A DNA stretch of 27,050 nt from Bacteroidota bacterium (GTDB taxonomy: Bacteria > Bacteroidota > Bacteroidia > Chitinophagales > LD1). The translations under genes and the position numbers were made by a program. The stretch is from contig JAFDYM010000431.1 of the NCBI GenBank assembly GCA_018267435.1, positions 1 to 27,050 of the forward strand, given 5' to 3'. Numbering within the stretch: position 1 is the first letter of the stretch; each line of letters begins with the position of its first letter. The notes under the pieces were generated by a model. The model was not told where the DNA came from, did not search any database, and saw only the letters and a program-made list of their open reading frames with translations. Shown here piece after piece: positions 1-8,614 of the stretch.

Positions 1-314
1 AGTATCTCATCGTAGTGGGCTATTAGATAGCTTATTTTGCTCGACATCATTAGCGATACCAAGGCTACGGGCAATATCAACACAATGAATGATACAAACA
101 TCAATAGTATAATGGCCAATGGACTAGGCCACTTGCGTTTAGGCTTTTCGGTTAGCTTAAAATAGGGCCTGCGCAATATAATGTAGAAAATAACCGAGCC
201 AAGAAAGGCGCTGATAAAGGGTTTCATCAACCATAGCAAAAAGCAGCCCAAGCCTATCAAGGCAATCACAAAAATGGTCTGCTTTAGCTTGTCGTTGTTC
301 AGTCTATCTTGCAA
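1..314 (-). CDS. AI-2E (PerM/UPF0118) family transporter, N-terminal part; runs off the window edge
   Basis: Manual translation of the minus strand from a possible TTG at 314: (M)QDRLNNDKLKQTIFVIALIGLGCFLLWLMKPFISAFLGSVIFYIILRRPYFKL...PSPLAIILLMFVSFIVLILPV. The 'KPFISAFLGSVIFYIILRRPY..L' pattern is typical of the AI-2E N-terminus. Start codon uncertain; not in the ORF track. Confidence 0.75.
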   Translation of the reverse strand, partial: MQDRLNNDKLKQTIFVIALIGLGCFLLWLMKPFISAFLGSVIFYIILRRPYFKLTEKPKRKWPSPLAIILLMFVSFIVLILPVALVSLMMSSKISYLIAHYDEI

Positions 315-453
315 GGGTGTAGGGTTTTGTTTTTGGAAGATAGCAAGAAAAAGAGTGTGCCGAAGAACCTTAAGTTTTCTTAAGCAAAACCGCCCACAGC
401 ACTCGCGCCCGTGGGAGGCGCACCAAGTAGCTAGGCGCAACCGTATCGCGCAT

Positions 454-487
454 AAACAAAAAACCGCAAGCTGTGCGCTCGCGGTTT
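454..487 (-). terminator. Rho-independent terminator of scpA
   Basis: Minus strand reads AAACCGC-GAGCGCACAGCTT-GCGGTTT followed by TTTGTTT, about 10 nt after the scpA stop. Confidence 0.7.
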
Positions 488-496
488 GTATAGGTG

Positions 497-1291
497 TTAT
501 GGTTTCTTTTCTTCTTCCTCGTCCTCGAAGGTTTTAGCTTCCTCGCCAGGTTCGCGTTGCTCAAGCCAAAAGTTGTTGTAGCCTTCGCCTACGGTTATTT
601 GTATGCGCTGCTCGGCTATCATTTCTAACATACTTAAGAAAACGAACATGGCGTGTATGCGGTTCTCTACCTCGTCGAACACTTCTTCGAATTTTAGCTT
701 CACACCATTCTTCAGGCGTTCGGTTAACAGCATCTTTTCGCCGGCTATGGTATAAGGTGGACTAACAACTGTATGTACCACTTTGTTCTTCTCGCGGGCT
801 ACGCGCTCCAGTACGGTTTGGAAAGCCTTTAGCAAGCGGAACATGGTTAAGTGCTGCATCTCGTGTTCGGTTTCGAACAGGGCGGCTATCTCCTTGTTTT
901 CGCTTAGCGCGTTGCCGCGCTTGTTTATGCTTTGGCGGTCCTCCTCTAGCTTGCGCATAGCCTCGGTTACCTCCTTGTACTTTTTGTACTCTATTAGGCG
1001 CGTTACTAGTTCCTCGCGCGGGTCTATTTCGGCACCGGTAGCAGGGTCAAGCTCCTTGCGCGGCAATAGCATTTTTGCCTTTATGCGCATAAGCGTAGCC
1101 GCCACTAATATAAATTCGCTGGCTACATCCACGTTCAGCTCGGGCATGGTGTGTATGTAGGCAAGAAAATCATCGGCAAGCTTGGCAATAGGAATATCGT
1201 ATATGTCCAGCTCGTCGCGCTCAATAAAGAACAACAGCAGGTCGAAAGGCCCCTCGAACTGGGGCAGTTTTATTTCGTAAGTATCTTGCAT
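497..1291 (-). CDS. scpA: Segregation and condensation protein A (SMC kleisin)
   Basis: 'FEGPFDLLLFFIERDELDIYDIPI', 'ASEFILVAATLMRIKAKMLLP', 'DPREELVTRLIEYKKYK' and C-terminal 'FVFLSMLEMI'. The likely start is the ATG at 1291 (MQDTYEIK) rather than the ORF-track start at 1387, which runs through a repeat. Confidence 0.95.
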   Translation of the reverse strand: MQDTYEIKLPQFEGPFDLLLFFIERDELDIYDIPIAKLADDFLAYIHTMPELNVDVASEFILVAATLMRIKAKMLLPRKELDPATGAEIDPREELVTRLIEYKKYKEVTEAMRKLEEDRQSINKRGNALSENKEIAALFETEHEMQHLTMFRLLKAFQTVLERVAREKNKVVHTVVSPPYTIAGEKMLLTERLKNGVKLKFEEVFDEVENRIHAMFVFLSMLEMIAEQRIQITVGEGYNNFWLEQREPGEEAKTFEDEEEEKKP

Positions 1292-1340
1292 AATAAGGGT
1301 AGCGAAGATAAGGTTTGGAAGCCACAAAACAGAATGCCCA

Positions 1341-1432
1341 TAGCCACGAAGGCGCAAAGACGCTAAGAATGAATGCGCTAAGAACATCCTTCTTAATATT
1401 TTCTTCTTCGTGGCTTCGTGCCTTTGTGGCTA
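1341..1432. repeat. REP-like imperfect inverted repeat, copy 1 (GCCAC-AAGGC-CAAAG family)
   Basis: Arms tagccacgaaggcgcaaagacgctaaga (1341-1368) and tcttcgtggcttcgtgcctttgtggcta (about 1405-1432); a related copy lies at 2521-2583. Confidence 0.7.
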
Positions 1433-1454
1433 TTATCTCGCTATCTTCGCCCAC

Positions 1455-2519
1455 ATGAGCCACGCCAAACCCACCGATGTACCTGCTATAAAATGGTGGA
1501 AGGTATTATTGGCCGTGGGCTTTAGCATAGGCATATCGGCGTACTTTATCGCCCGCTCGTTCCACCCGGAAACACTTAGCAGTATATCGTTCAGCGCACA
1601 CCTATGCATAGGCTTGGTACTGGCGCTAGTTACCGTAGTAGTGCGCGACTTTGCCTTTGTGTATAAGCTACGCCTAAGCAGCGGCATACAGCTAGGCTGG
1701 TGGCAAACACTTAAAATAGTGTTGATGTGGGAGTTCGGCGCTACCGTTACACCCAAGCTGGGCGAGGTAGCTTTTGTGCTGTACATCCTAAAGCGCGGGG
1801 GCTTAACCTACGGTAGAAGCACTGCCGTGTTAATGCTGAATGCTTTCTTTGATAACCTGGCTTTTGTTATCCTGTTTACAGGCGCATACCTTGCCCTAGG
1901 CGAGCAAATGTTCCTGGTACCTAGCAACTGCGCCGACTTGAAAGGACAGGAGTATCTAGGTCGCATTACCGACCTAGCCAAGGGCGCATGGGTAGGCTAC
2001 TTTGCTATGCTGGGCGTATCGGTATTTATGTTTGTATCGGTATTTTTTCTACCGCACAGGGCTAGGCAATTGTTCCAATACCTAAGCAATACGCGCTTGT
2101 TCAGCCGCTTTAAAAACGGACTGTTTATACTGGGGCAAGAAATTGAAATTACCTCTTTGGAATATCGCCACAAGCCCTTCAGCTTTTGGGCGCAAATGAC
2201 GGTGGCTACCCTTATCAACTGGAGCAGCCGCTACCTATTAGCCAATGCCTTGCTATATGCCTTTAGCGCTGTGCCGCTGCCTATGGGCGAGGTGTTTGCA
2301 AGGCAGCTAATCATTTGGGTCTTCCTAATTATACCTAGCACACCAGGCGCTAGCGGCGTAGCCGAGGTGCTTTTCCTTTCCTTCAACTGCCAGTATATGC
2401 CGGTAGGCCTAGCCGCGGGCATAACCACGGTGTGGAGGATGTATAGCTATTACATTTACCTTATCATTGGCGCTATACTGTTGCCGAGATATATAGCGGG
2501 CAAAAGAGAAAACAATTAA
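1455..2519 (+). CDS. Lysylphosphatidylglycerol synthase TM-region / flippase-like (UPF0104) membrane protein
   Basis: Many hydrophobic helices; 'WEFGATVTPKLGEVAFVLYILKR', 'PSTPGASGVAE' and 'TTVWRMYSYY' match the family pattern. Likely start ATG 1455 (MSHAKP). Confidence 0.85.
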   Translation: MSHAKPTDVPAIKWWKVLLAVGFSIGISAYFIARSFHPETLSSISFSAHLCIGLVLALVTVVVRDFAFVYKLRLSSGIQLGWWQTLKIVLMWEFGATVTPKLGEVAFVLYILKRGGLTYGRSTAVLMLNAFFDNLAFVILFTGAYLALGEQMFLVPSNCADLKGQEYLGRITDLAKGAWVGYFAMLGVSVFMFVSVFFLPHRARQLFQYLSNTRLFSRFKNGLFILGQEIEITSLEYRHKPFSFWAQMTVATLINWSSRYLLANALLYAFSAVPLPMGEVFARQLIIWVFLIIPSTPGASGVAEVLFLSFNCQYMPVGLAAGITTVWRMYSYYIYLIIGAILLPRYIAGKRENN

Positions 2520-2520
2520 T

Positions 2521-2583
2521 GCCACAAAGGCACAAAGAGGCTAAGTTTCAGTTAACATCTTTGTGCCTTCGTGTCTTTGTGGC
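2521..2583. repeat. REP-like imperfect inverted repeat, copy 2, between convergent genes (possible bidirectional terminator)
   Basis: gccacaaaggcacaaaga ... tctttgtgccttcgtgtctttgtggc. Confidence 0.7.
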
Positions 2584-2589
2584 TAGGTA

Positions 2590-3423
2590 TTACTTCAGCC
2601 TAGTCTTAATAAAGCTTGTCGCTTTAGTGTAAGCATCTTTGGTGTACTCCTTGTTGTATTTCGGGTTGCTAGGGTTGGCAAAGGCGTGGTCGGCATTGTA
2701 GCGGTGCACGGTAAGTTTCTTGCCGGCCTTCTTCATGTTCGTTTCAAAACCCTTTACAACGCTCTCGTTGATGTGTTGGTCCTGCGTGCCAAATATGCCC
2801 AGCACGTCGCAGTTCAATGTCTTCAACTTGTTGATGTCCTGCTCGGGCATACCGTAGTAAACCACACAAGCCTTAGCCTGCTTGCCCAGCATAAGCGCTG
2901 CTTGTAACGACCATGCTCCACCCATACACCAGCCCATGGTGGCAATATTTGCTTTATCGCCCACTACCTTGCGCAGGCTATTGATAATGTCGCGCGCGCG
3001 GGTATCGCTCAGTTCGCTGCTGTACTTCTGTGCTTCGGGTACTGAGGTAGCCACTTTGCCATCGTATAGGTCGATGGCATAAACGGTAACATTGCCCAAA
3101 GCTGCCTGTAGCTTTTCGGCCTCTTGCTTTATGTAGTCGTTCAGTCCCCACCATTCATGGAACAGGAATACAACCTTAGTAGTTTGTGTATCGGGCGTTA
3201 CGCGGTAGGCACGGGCATCTTCGCCGTATTCGGTTTTAAAGGTCAGCATCTGCCCCTTCTCTTTCTCTAGTTTAAACGGTGTTGGTTCCAAGTGTTTGCT
3301 TGCAAAGTTAGTGTTTAGGGCCAGTTCGGCATTCTGCTCGCTTACAGGGCGCACACAGCAGCTAGCCTGCTGCGCAAAGGTGTATGAGCAAAGTAGCGTG
3401 AATAGGATGGTTAAATACCTCAT
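2590..3423 (-). CDS. Dienelactone hydrolase family alpha/beta hydrolase with signal peptide
   Basis: 'HEWWG', nucleophile elbow 'GWCMGG', 'GTQD' and 'HAF' give the Cys-Asp-His triad; hydrophobic N-terminal signal. Confidence 0.9.
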   Translation of the reverse strand: MRYLTILFTLLCSYTFAQQASCCVRPVSEQNAELALNTNFASKHLEPTPFKLEKEKGQMLTFKTEYGEDARAYRVTPDTQTTKVVFLFHEWWGLNDYIKQEAEKLQAALGNVTVYAIDLYDGKVATSVPEAQKYSSELSDTRARDIINSLRKVVGDKANIATMGWCMGGAWSLQAALMLGKQAKACVVYYGMPEQDINKLKTLNCDVLGIFGTQDQHINESVVKGFETNMKKAGKKLTVHRYNADHAFANPSNPKYNKEYTKDAYTKATSFIKTRLK

Positions 3424-3630
3424 ATTGTGTTGGGTTTTAGGTAGCGAGAAGGCTAAAAATGTGTGCCTGTTAACTAATCATATTTTAATAAGAAGCAAGA
3501 AGCATTAAAAACATTTGGCGCGTTACTGTTGCGCCTTGCCCATACTGCTTCGCACCTTAGGCCTGCCCCGACCTGTCGGTGGCGTGCATACTGTGGAGCC
3601 TAGCTTAACAACATATTGTGCGCTACTTCT

Positions 3631-3652
3631 GCCCACGATTTAAATCGTGGGC
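3631..3652. repeat. Perfect 22-bp palindrome (REP-like)
   Basis: gcccacgatttaaatcgtgggc equals its own reverse complement. Confidence 0.75.
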
Positions 3653-3727
3653 TACTGAATGGAAACATATCTATCCTAGAAAAAGTGAGTAATGTTCACG
3701 TGTTGCCCAAAGAATCCTACGTATCCG

Positions 3728-3753
3728 TAGCCCATGAATTAATTCATGGGCTA
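3728..3753. repeat. Perfect 26-bp palindrome (REP-like, related to 3631-3652)
   Basis: tagcccatgaattaattcatgggcta equals its own reverse complement; shares the GCCCA...TGGGC arms. Confidence 0.75.
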
Positions 3754-3884
3754 ACAAAGCGCTCAAAATATCCTATAACGGCTAGCAGCAACACAAAAAA
3801 TTAACCCGCCAATCTTCATTACAAGCTGCCTTTTCTTGCCATAATATTGTAAATCTATTCACCAATCCAAATCTTAAACTTACC

Positions 3885-5036
3885 ATGGGTACTTTCGATG
3901 TTGTCCGCCAGTTTAATTTCCCTACCATTATCCGTTTCGGCGCAGGTGCCGTTAAGGAACTGCCTGCTTACCTTAAAAGCAACGGCCTAAGCAAGCCGCT
4001 TATAGTTACCGACCCTAACGTGGCAGCATTGCCGTTCTTTAAAGGTATAGTAGAGGACCTGAAAGCAAATGGTTTATCGGTAGAGGTATTCAGCGATATA
4101 CACAAAAACCCAGTAAAGAGCGATGTATACAAAGGCGTAGCTATGTGGGACGCAACCGACCGCGATAGCGTAGTAGGTATAGGCGGTGGCGCTGGCTTGG
4201 ATGTGGCACGTGCCGTATTGTTAGGCATTAACCACCGTGAGGACCTATTTAAATATGATGACCTAATAGGTGGCGATGTATATGTAACCAACGATGTACC
4301 TCACTTTGTTACCATACCTACCACCAGTGGTACAGGTAGCGAGGTAGGCCGCAGCGCTATTATAGCCGATGATGTAACGCACCAAAAGAAAATATTGTTC
4401 TCGCCTAAGCTAATGGCGAAAGTGGTGTTTGCCGACCCGATGTTGACCATGGAGCTGCCACCGTTTATTACAGCCGCTACGGGTATGGATGCACTAACGC
4501 ACAACATGGAAGCATTCCTTGCTAAAAACTATCACCCTATGTGCGATGGTATAGCCTTGGAAGGTATCCGCTTAATATCTCAATCGCTTGAGAAAGCAAC
4601 CAACAGCCCAGACTTGGAAAGCCGCTCGCAAATGTTGTTGGCTTCTATGATGGGTGCTATCGCCTTCCAAAAAGGCTTAGGTGTAGTGCATTCGTTGGCA
4701 CACCCGCTTAGCAGCTTGTTAGATACGCACCACGGCCTTGCCAATGCGGTGAACATACCTTACGGTATGAAGTTCAACATAGCAGGCTTTGAAGACAAAT
4801 TTAAACGCATAGCCGCTACGCTGGAACTGCCACAGCAGAACGGCGAGGCAGTAGTACAGTACCTGTTCGACTTGAACACCAAAGTGGGAATCCCTCACCG
4901 TCTGCGCGATATAAACGTGAAGGAGGAACACCTAGAGGAGCTAGCTGACCTAGCGTTTGCCGACTTTGCACACCCTAACAACCCTAAGCCAGTAAGCAGG
5001 GCCGACTTTAGGGCACTATACGGCGAGGCATTGTAG
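3885..5036 (+). CDS. Iron-containing (type III) alcohol dehydrogenase
   Basis: 'GIGGGAGLD', 'IPTTSGTGSE', 'ATGMDALTHNME' and metal-binding 'VHSLAH...HHGLAN'. Confidence 0.95.
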   Translation: MGTFDVVRQFNFPTIIRFGAGAVKELPAYLKSNGLSKPLIVTDPNVAALPFFKGIVEDLKANGLSVEVFSDIHKNPVKSDVYKGVAMWDATDRDSVVGIGGGAGLDVARAVLLGINHREDLFKYDDLIGGDVYVTNDVPHFVTIPTTSGTGSEVGRSAIIADDVTHQKKILFSPKLMAKVVFADPMLTMELPPFITAATGMDALTHNMEAFLAKNYHPMCDGIALEGIRLISQSLEKATNSPDLESRSQMLLASMMGAIAFQKGLGVVHSLAHPLSSLLDTHHGLANAVNIPYGMKFNIAGFEDKFKRIAATLELPQQNGEAVVQYLFDLNTKVGIPHRLRDINVKEEHLEELADLAFADFAHPNNPKPVSRADFRALYGEAL

Positions 5037-5113
5037 GAAGAATTTGACGATATGACAATGTGATAATTTGAGAATTTAGGCGTACCTTAATCGGTGTAAT
5101 CAAACTATAATCT

Positions 5114-5848
5114 GTGGAATCAAATAATAAGAAAATACGTATAGGCCTTACCTTTACCGAGGCGCGACATGAGAACTACCCTACATGGATACAAGGTAGC
5201 GATGCCGACATAGAGATAGTGGAGCTACATTGGGATAAGCACAGTATGGAAGAGGTGTGGGACGAAGTAGAAGACTGCCACGGCATAGTGCTTAGTGGGG
5301 GTGTAGATGTGCATCCTGACTTTTATGAAAACGAGCGCACCGAATACCCTAATGGCCCCAAAAGCCAAGAAGAGTTCAACAAGGAGCGCGATGAGTTTGA
5401 GATGCATGTGTTTGAAACAGCCTTGAACTTCGACAAGCCCGTGTTGGCTATATGCCGTGGTTTGCAGCTGGTAAACGTAGCCCTTGGCGGAGACCTTGTG
5501 CAGGACTTGGAAGAGAACGGCAAGAATGACCACCGCAGGCACGAAGTAGATGGCGAGCACGAGGTGAAGATTAATAGCGGCAGCTTGCTGCACCAAGTGG
5601 CAGGCACTACAATAGGCCGCGTTAACAGCGCGCACCACCAGGCAGTTGGCAAGGTGGCAGACGAGTTGATTCCTAATAGCTCTTCTCCCGATGGCGTAAT
5701 AGAAGGTGCCGAGTGGAAACACAAAGCAGATAAGCCTTTTCTATTAGCGGTACAGTGGCACCCAGAGCGCATTACAGATAAGGATACCAACCCGCTATCG
5801 AAAAACATACGTGCCGAATTTTTGAAAGCTGTAAGGGCAAACGCATAA
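5114..5848 (+). CDS. Gamma-glutamyl-gamma-aminobutyrate hydrolase (PuuD-like, peptidase C26, class I glutamine amidotransferase)
   Basis: 'LSGGVDV', 'RDEFE', 'LAICRGLQ' (catalytic Cys), 'VNSAHHQ' and 'VQWHPE'; GTG start. Confidence 0.9.
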   Translation: MESNNKKIRIGLTFTEARHENYPTWIQGSDADIEIVELHWDKHSMEEVWDEVEDCHGIVLSGGVDVHPDFYENERTEYPNGPKSQEEFNKERDEFEMHVFETALNFDKPVLAICRGLQLVNVALGGDLVQDLEENGKNDHRRHEVDGEHEVKINSGSLLHQVAGTTIGRVNSAHHQAVGKVADELIPNSSSPDGVIEGAEWKHKADKPFLLAVQWHPERITDKDTNPLSKNIRAEFLKAVRANA

Positions 5849-5874
5849 ACAACTTTTCAAAATCAACAAAATAG

Positions 5875-5910
5875 AAGCCCTGCCAACATAGGTGGGGCTT
5901 TTGCTTTTTT
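5875..5910 (+). terminator. Rho-independent terminator after the PuuD-like gene
   Basis: AAGCCCTGCC-AACATA-GGTGGGGCTT stem (10 bp with 2 G-U pairs) followed by TTGCTTTTTT. Confidence 0.75.
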
Positions 5911-5983
5911 TAGTATTAGCACGTGCCTATTAATTGGGCATACTATTTTACTTTGTGCTACGCAACGTGAAATATATAACCAC

Positions 5984-6919
5984 ATGAAGAAGAAAGTACA
6001 ACTGGTATTGGGTAGTGGAGGTGCTAGAGGTATTGCCCATATAGGCGTAATACAACGTTTGCTTGAAGAGGACTATGAAATAGTAGAAATAGTAGGTTGT
6101 AGCATGGGGGCCGTGGTAGGCGGCATGTATAGTGCCGGCCATTTAGAAGCATACACCGAGTGGTTGTTGAAGCAAAGCAAAACGGATGTTTATCGTCTGT
6201 TTGATATTACTTTTTCATTGCACGGCTTAGTTAAAGGCGACCGCATATTTCAGATACTAGAAGAAATGGCGGGCAAGCATGATATAGAAAAACTGAAAAT
6301 TCCCTTTACAGCTATAGCTACTGATATGCACAGCCGTACCGAGGTGCACTTTAACGAGGGAAATCTATTTAAAGCGTTGCGCGCAAGTACAGGAATACCA
6401 GGTGTGTTTACACCTATTGCAGATAGTGGCCGCCTATATGTGGATGGCGCGGTGTTGAATCCTTTGCCTGTAGACGTATTGCACAGACGTAAAGATGCCA
6501 GCATAATAGCTATTAACTTGAACGGAGCTATAGAATCAGACATTATAGCCATACCACAACCACAGCCGCCCGATGAGGAAAAGGCGCCAGCTTTTTGGAC
6601 GCGCATAAAAAGCTATTTTGAAAAAGCCCAAGATGATGCAGCCGAGAAAAAAGAACCCGAAACCATAGAAACGAAAGCAGAGGATCCTGTACCGGTTACT
6701 GTGCCTACGTTTTCTATGTTCGAGTTGCTGAGTGCCAGTTACGATGCTTCGCTTGATAAATTGGCAGCTATGACGTTGCGCGAAAACCCTGTAGATATGA
6801 TAATAGAAATACCGCGCAATACTTGTTCGGTATTCGAGTTTTACCGCGCAGCCGAGTTGATTGAAGTAGGCCGAAAACAGTACGACAAGGCCATGGCTAA
6901 ACAAAAGAGAGAAGACTAG
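5984..6919 (+). CDS. Patatin-like phospholipase (RssA/NTE-like)
   Basis: Oxyanion 'LGSGGARG', nucleophile 'GCSMGA', 'DGA' and an intact family C-terminus 'FEFYRAAELIEVG'. Confidence 0.92.
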   Translation: MKKKVQLVLGSGGARGIAHIGVIQRLLEEDYEIVEIVGCSMGAVVGGMYSAGHLEAYTEWLLKQSKTDVYRLFDITFSLHGLVKGDRIFQILEEMAGKHDIEKLKIPFTAIATDMHSRTEVHFNEGNLFKALRASTGIPGVFTPIADSGRLYVDGAVLNPLPVDVLHRRKDASIIAINLNGAIESDIIAIPQPQPPDEEKAPAFWTRIKSYFEKAQDDAAEKKEPETIETKAEDPVPVTVPTFSMFELLSASYDASLDKLAAMTLRENPVDMIIEIPRNTCSVFEFYRAAELIEVGRKQYDKAMAKQKRED

Positions 6920-7449
6920 GTTACAGAGTTTTCTTCTTCTTGTATTTCACCGGCATTTGGGTCATATTCCGTTTCTACACCTTGTAGCATTATCTGTTGC
7001 CAGTCCTTTTCTCGCCATACATTGTAGTAGTACAATATGGTGTTGAAGCTTATCACATCATCTTTCAAAGCATCGGCATTAGTGCTCATTTCTGTATTGT
7101 TCAGCTCAAGGCTTTTGAATAGAACCAACCCTTCTTCGTTTTTTGCCACATGGTTTTCCAATGCTTCTAAAACAGAGGAAGTAAATGTAAAGCGGTTCAG
7201 TATATTAGGTAGCTCATCAAGTGCGTTGGTATAGTCGGCACACACACAATGCACTTTAATAGTGGCATATCCTTGCTTTACATCATTAGAAAGTGCGCTC
7301 CATTTTATGTTGCCAAAATCTATGAATACAGAAGGAGAAATAATGGCATCCCCACTGCCGGCCGTTTGGCTGTTCCAGATATCTACAACTGCCGTTGGTG
7401 TTTTGGCTACAAGCTTTGTTTGTATAGCTTTTAAATATGGTTTTAGCAT
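6916..7449 (-). CDS. Putative tail terminator/completion protein (Mu gp37-like)
   Basis: 'VVDIWNSQ...PSVFIDFGNIKW...QGYATIKVH' resembles the protein that closes the packaging operon of Bacteroidota Mu-like elements; size and position fit. Function inferred. Confidence 0.55.
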   Translation of the reverse strand: MLKPYLKAIQTKLVAKTPTAVVDIWNSQTAGSGDAIISPSVFIDFGNIKWSALSNDVKQGYATIKVHCVCADYTNALDELPNILNRFTFTSSVLEALENHVAKNEEGLVLFKSLELNNTEMSTNADALKDDVISFNTILYYYNVWREKDWQQIMLQGVETEYDPNAGEIQEEENSVT

Positions 7450-7471
7450 GCTGAGTTTTTTGATAGATTAA

Positions 7472-8602
7472 TTATTGCTGTACAGGTATGCCGAAGGTTC
7501 GCTGTATCCAAGCAGTATCTACTTTATAATGGCTAAGGGCATCTTTTGTTTTGCTCCATAGTGCATCAAGGTCGGTGCTTACGGCCCACTCAAATTTGCA
7601 GTCCGCTACATCAAAGCCGTGCTTCGCCATTTTAGGTAGCAGTTGGTCGTTAATAATAAACTGCAACAAGCGCTTATCGCTTTCGGTTATGCTATCGGCC
7701 ACACGCTCGTGCACCTCAGCCTGGCTACGGCTGCTGCCGCTATCTGCCGTCATGGTTTGACCTATCAATAGTTTGCTTAGTTCGCTATTGGCGCGGTCAA
7801 TTAGTTTGTCATATACATTGTAGGCATCGCCTTTAGTACTTTCTACAAACTCAATGCTCTCACCTTCTTGAAACACAGCATAAGTAGCGCTACCCATTTT
7901 GCGCAGGTTGTTGGCCATGCGCTCCATATCTACTTGTGCACGGCTCGCAGTTTTACCTACCCGCACAGGCATACCAAACACCTCTGTGTATTGGCTCCAT
8001 TGCAGCATAGCATTCTTCTTAAAAATAAAAGCTGGTGCAGCCATCTTCAGCAAACCTAAATCGCGTTCAGTACCTACTTCTATCAGCCAATCACAGTATG
8101 GTGATTCGCGATATGGCAGACCGTTTGCATAATCGCCCTGTGTAATGGCCACTACACCACATTCGGGTATTACATGTCGGCGTGGCACTAGGGCAATTTG
8201 CTCGTAGCCTTTTGTTGTTATGTTCCAAAGCTGTATCAAACTGTGGCCATACCAGCGGCTTTCAAGTGCTAGTTCTATAAATTTGTAAAACCAGCTACTT
8301 TCAAATAGTTGTTTAGAAACGGCACAATCATTGCCTGCACTATCTGTTATCTTAAATTTTTGGGCTAGCAATTTGTTTACACGTTGGCCCAGCAAACCTT
8401 GCACATGTGCATCAAGCAATATTTCATCGTATAGCGCATATAGCTGTAAGCGCTGTGGGTGCGATAGGTTTTCGGCAGTAGCAATGGCAGTACGCCAAGT
8501 GTCAACATCTTGCCGAGTACGCCAATTCGTTTGCTCTATTATGCGGCTGAATACAATGTCTTTATTGGTTGATTTTATTGTATTTGTTTTTTGTTTGGTC
8601 AT
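7472..8602 (-). CDS. Portal protein, DUF935 / Mu gp29-like
   Basis: 'LYDEILLDAHV', 'LGLLKMAAP..IFKKNAM..WSQYTEVFGMPVRVGKT', 'SKLLIGQTMT..SGSSRSQAEVHERV'. Confidence 0.9.
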   Translation of the reverse strand: MTKQKTNTIKSTNKDIVFSRIIEQTNWRTRQDVDTWRTAIATAENLSHPQRLQLYALYDEILLDAHVQGLLGQRVNKLLAQKFKITDSAGNDCAVSKQLFESSWFYKFIELALESRWYGHSLIQLWNITTKGYEQIALVPRRHVIPECGVVAITQGDYANGLPYRESPYCDWLIEVGTERDLGLLKMAAPAFIFKKNAMLQWSQYTEVFGMPVRVGKTASRAQVDMERMANNLRKMGSATYAVFQEGESIEFVESTKGDAYNVYDKLIDRANSELSKLLIGQTMTADSGSSRSQAEVHERVADSITESDKRLLQFIINDQLLPKMAKHGFDVADCKFEWAVSTDLDALWSKTKDALSHYKVDTAWIQRTFGIPVQQ

Positions 8603-8614
8603 GTATTATTACTA

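Noticed and set aside
274-6904. Shadow ORFs over host genes (e.g. 783-1160, 1433-1786, 3968-4291, 5225-5808, 6250-6904)
   Set aside because: They overlap well-supported CDSs and lack motifs.
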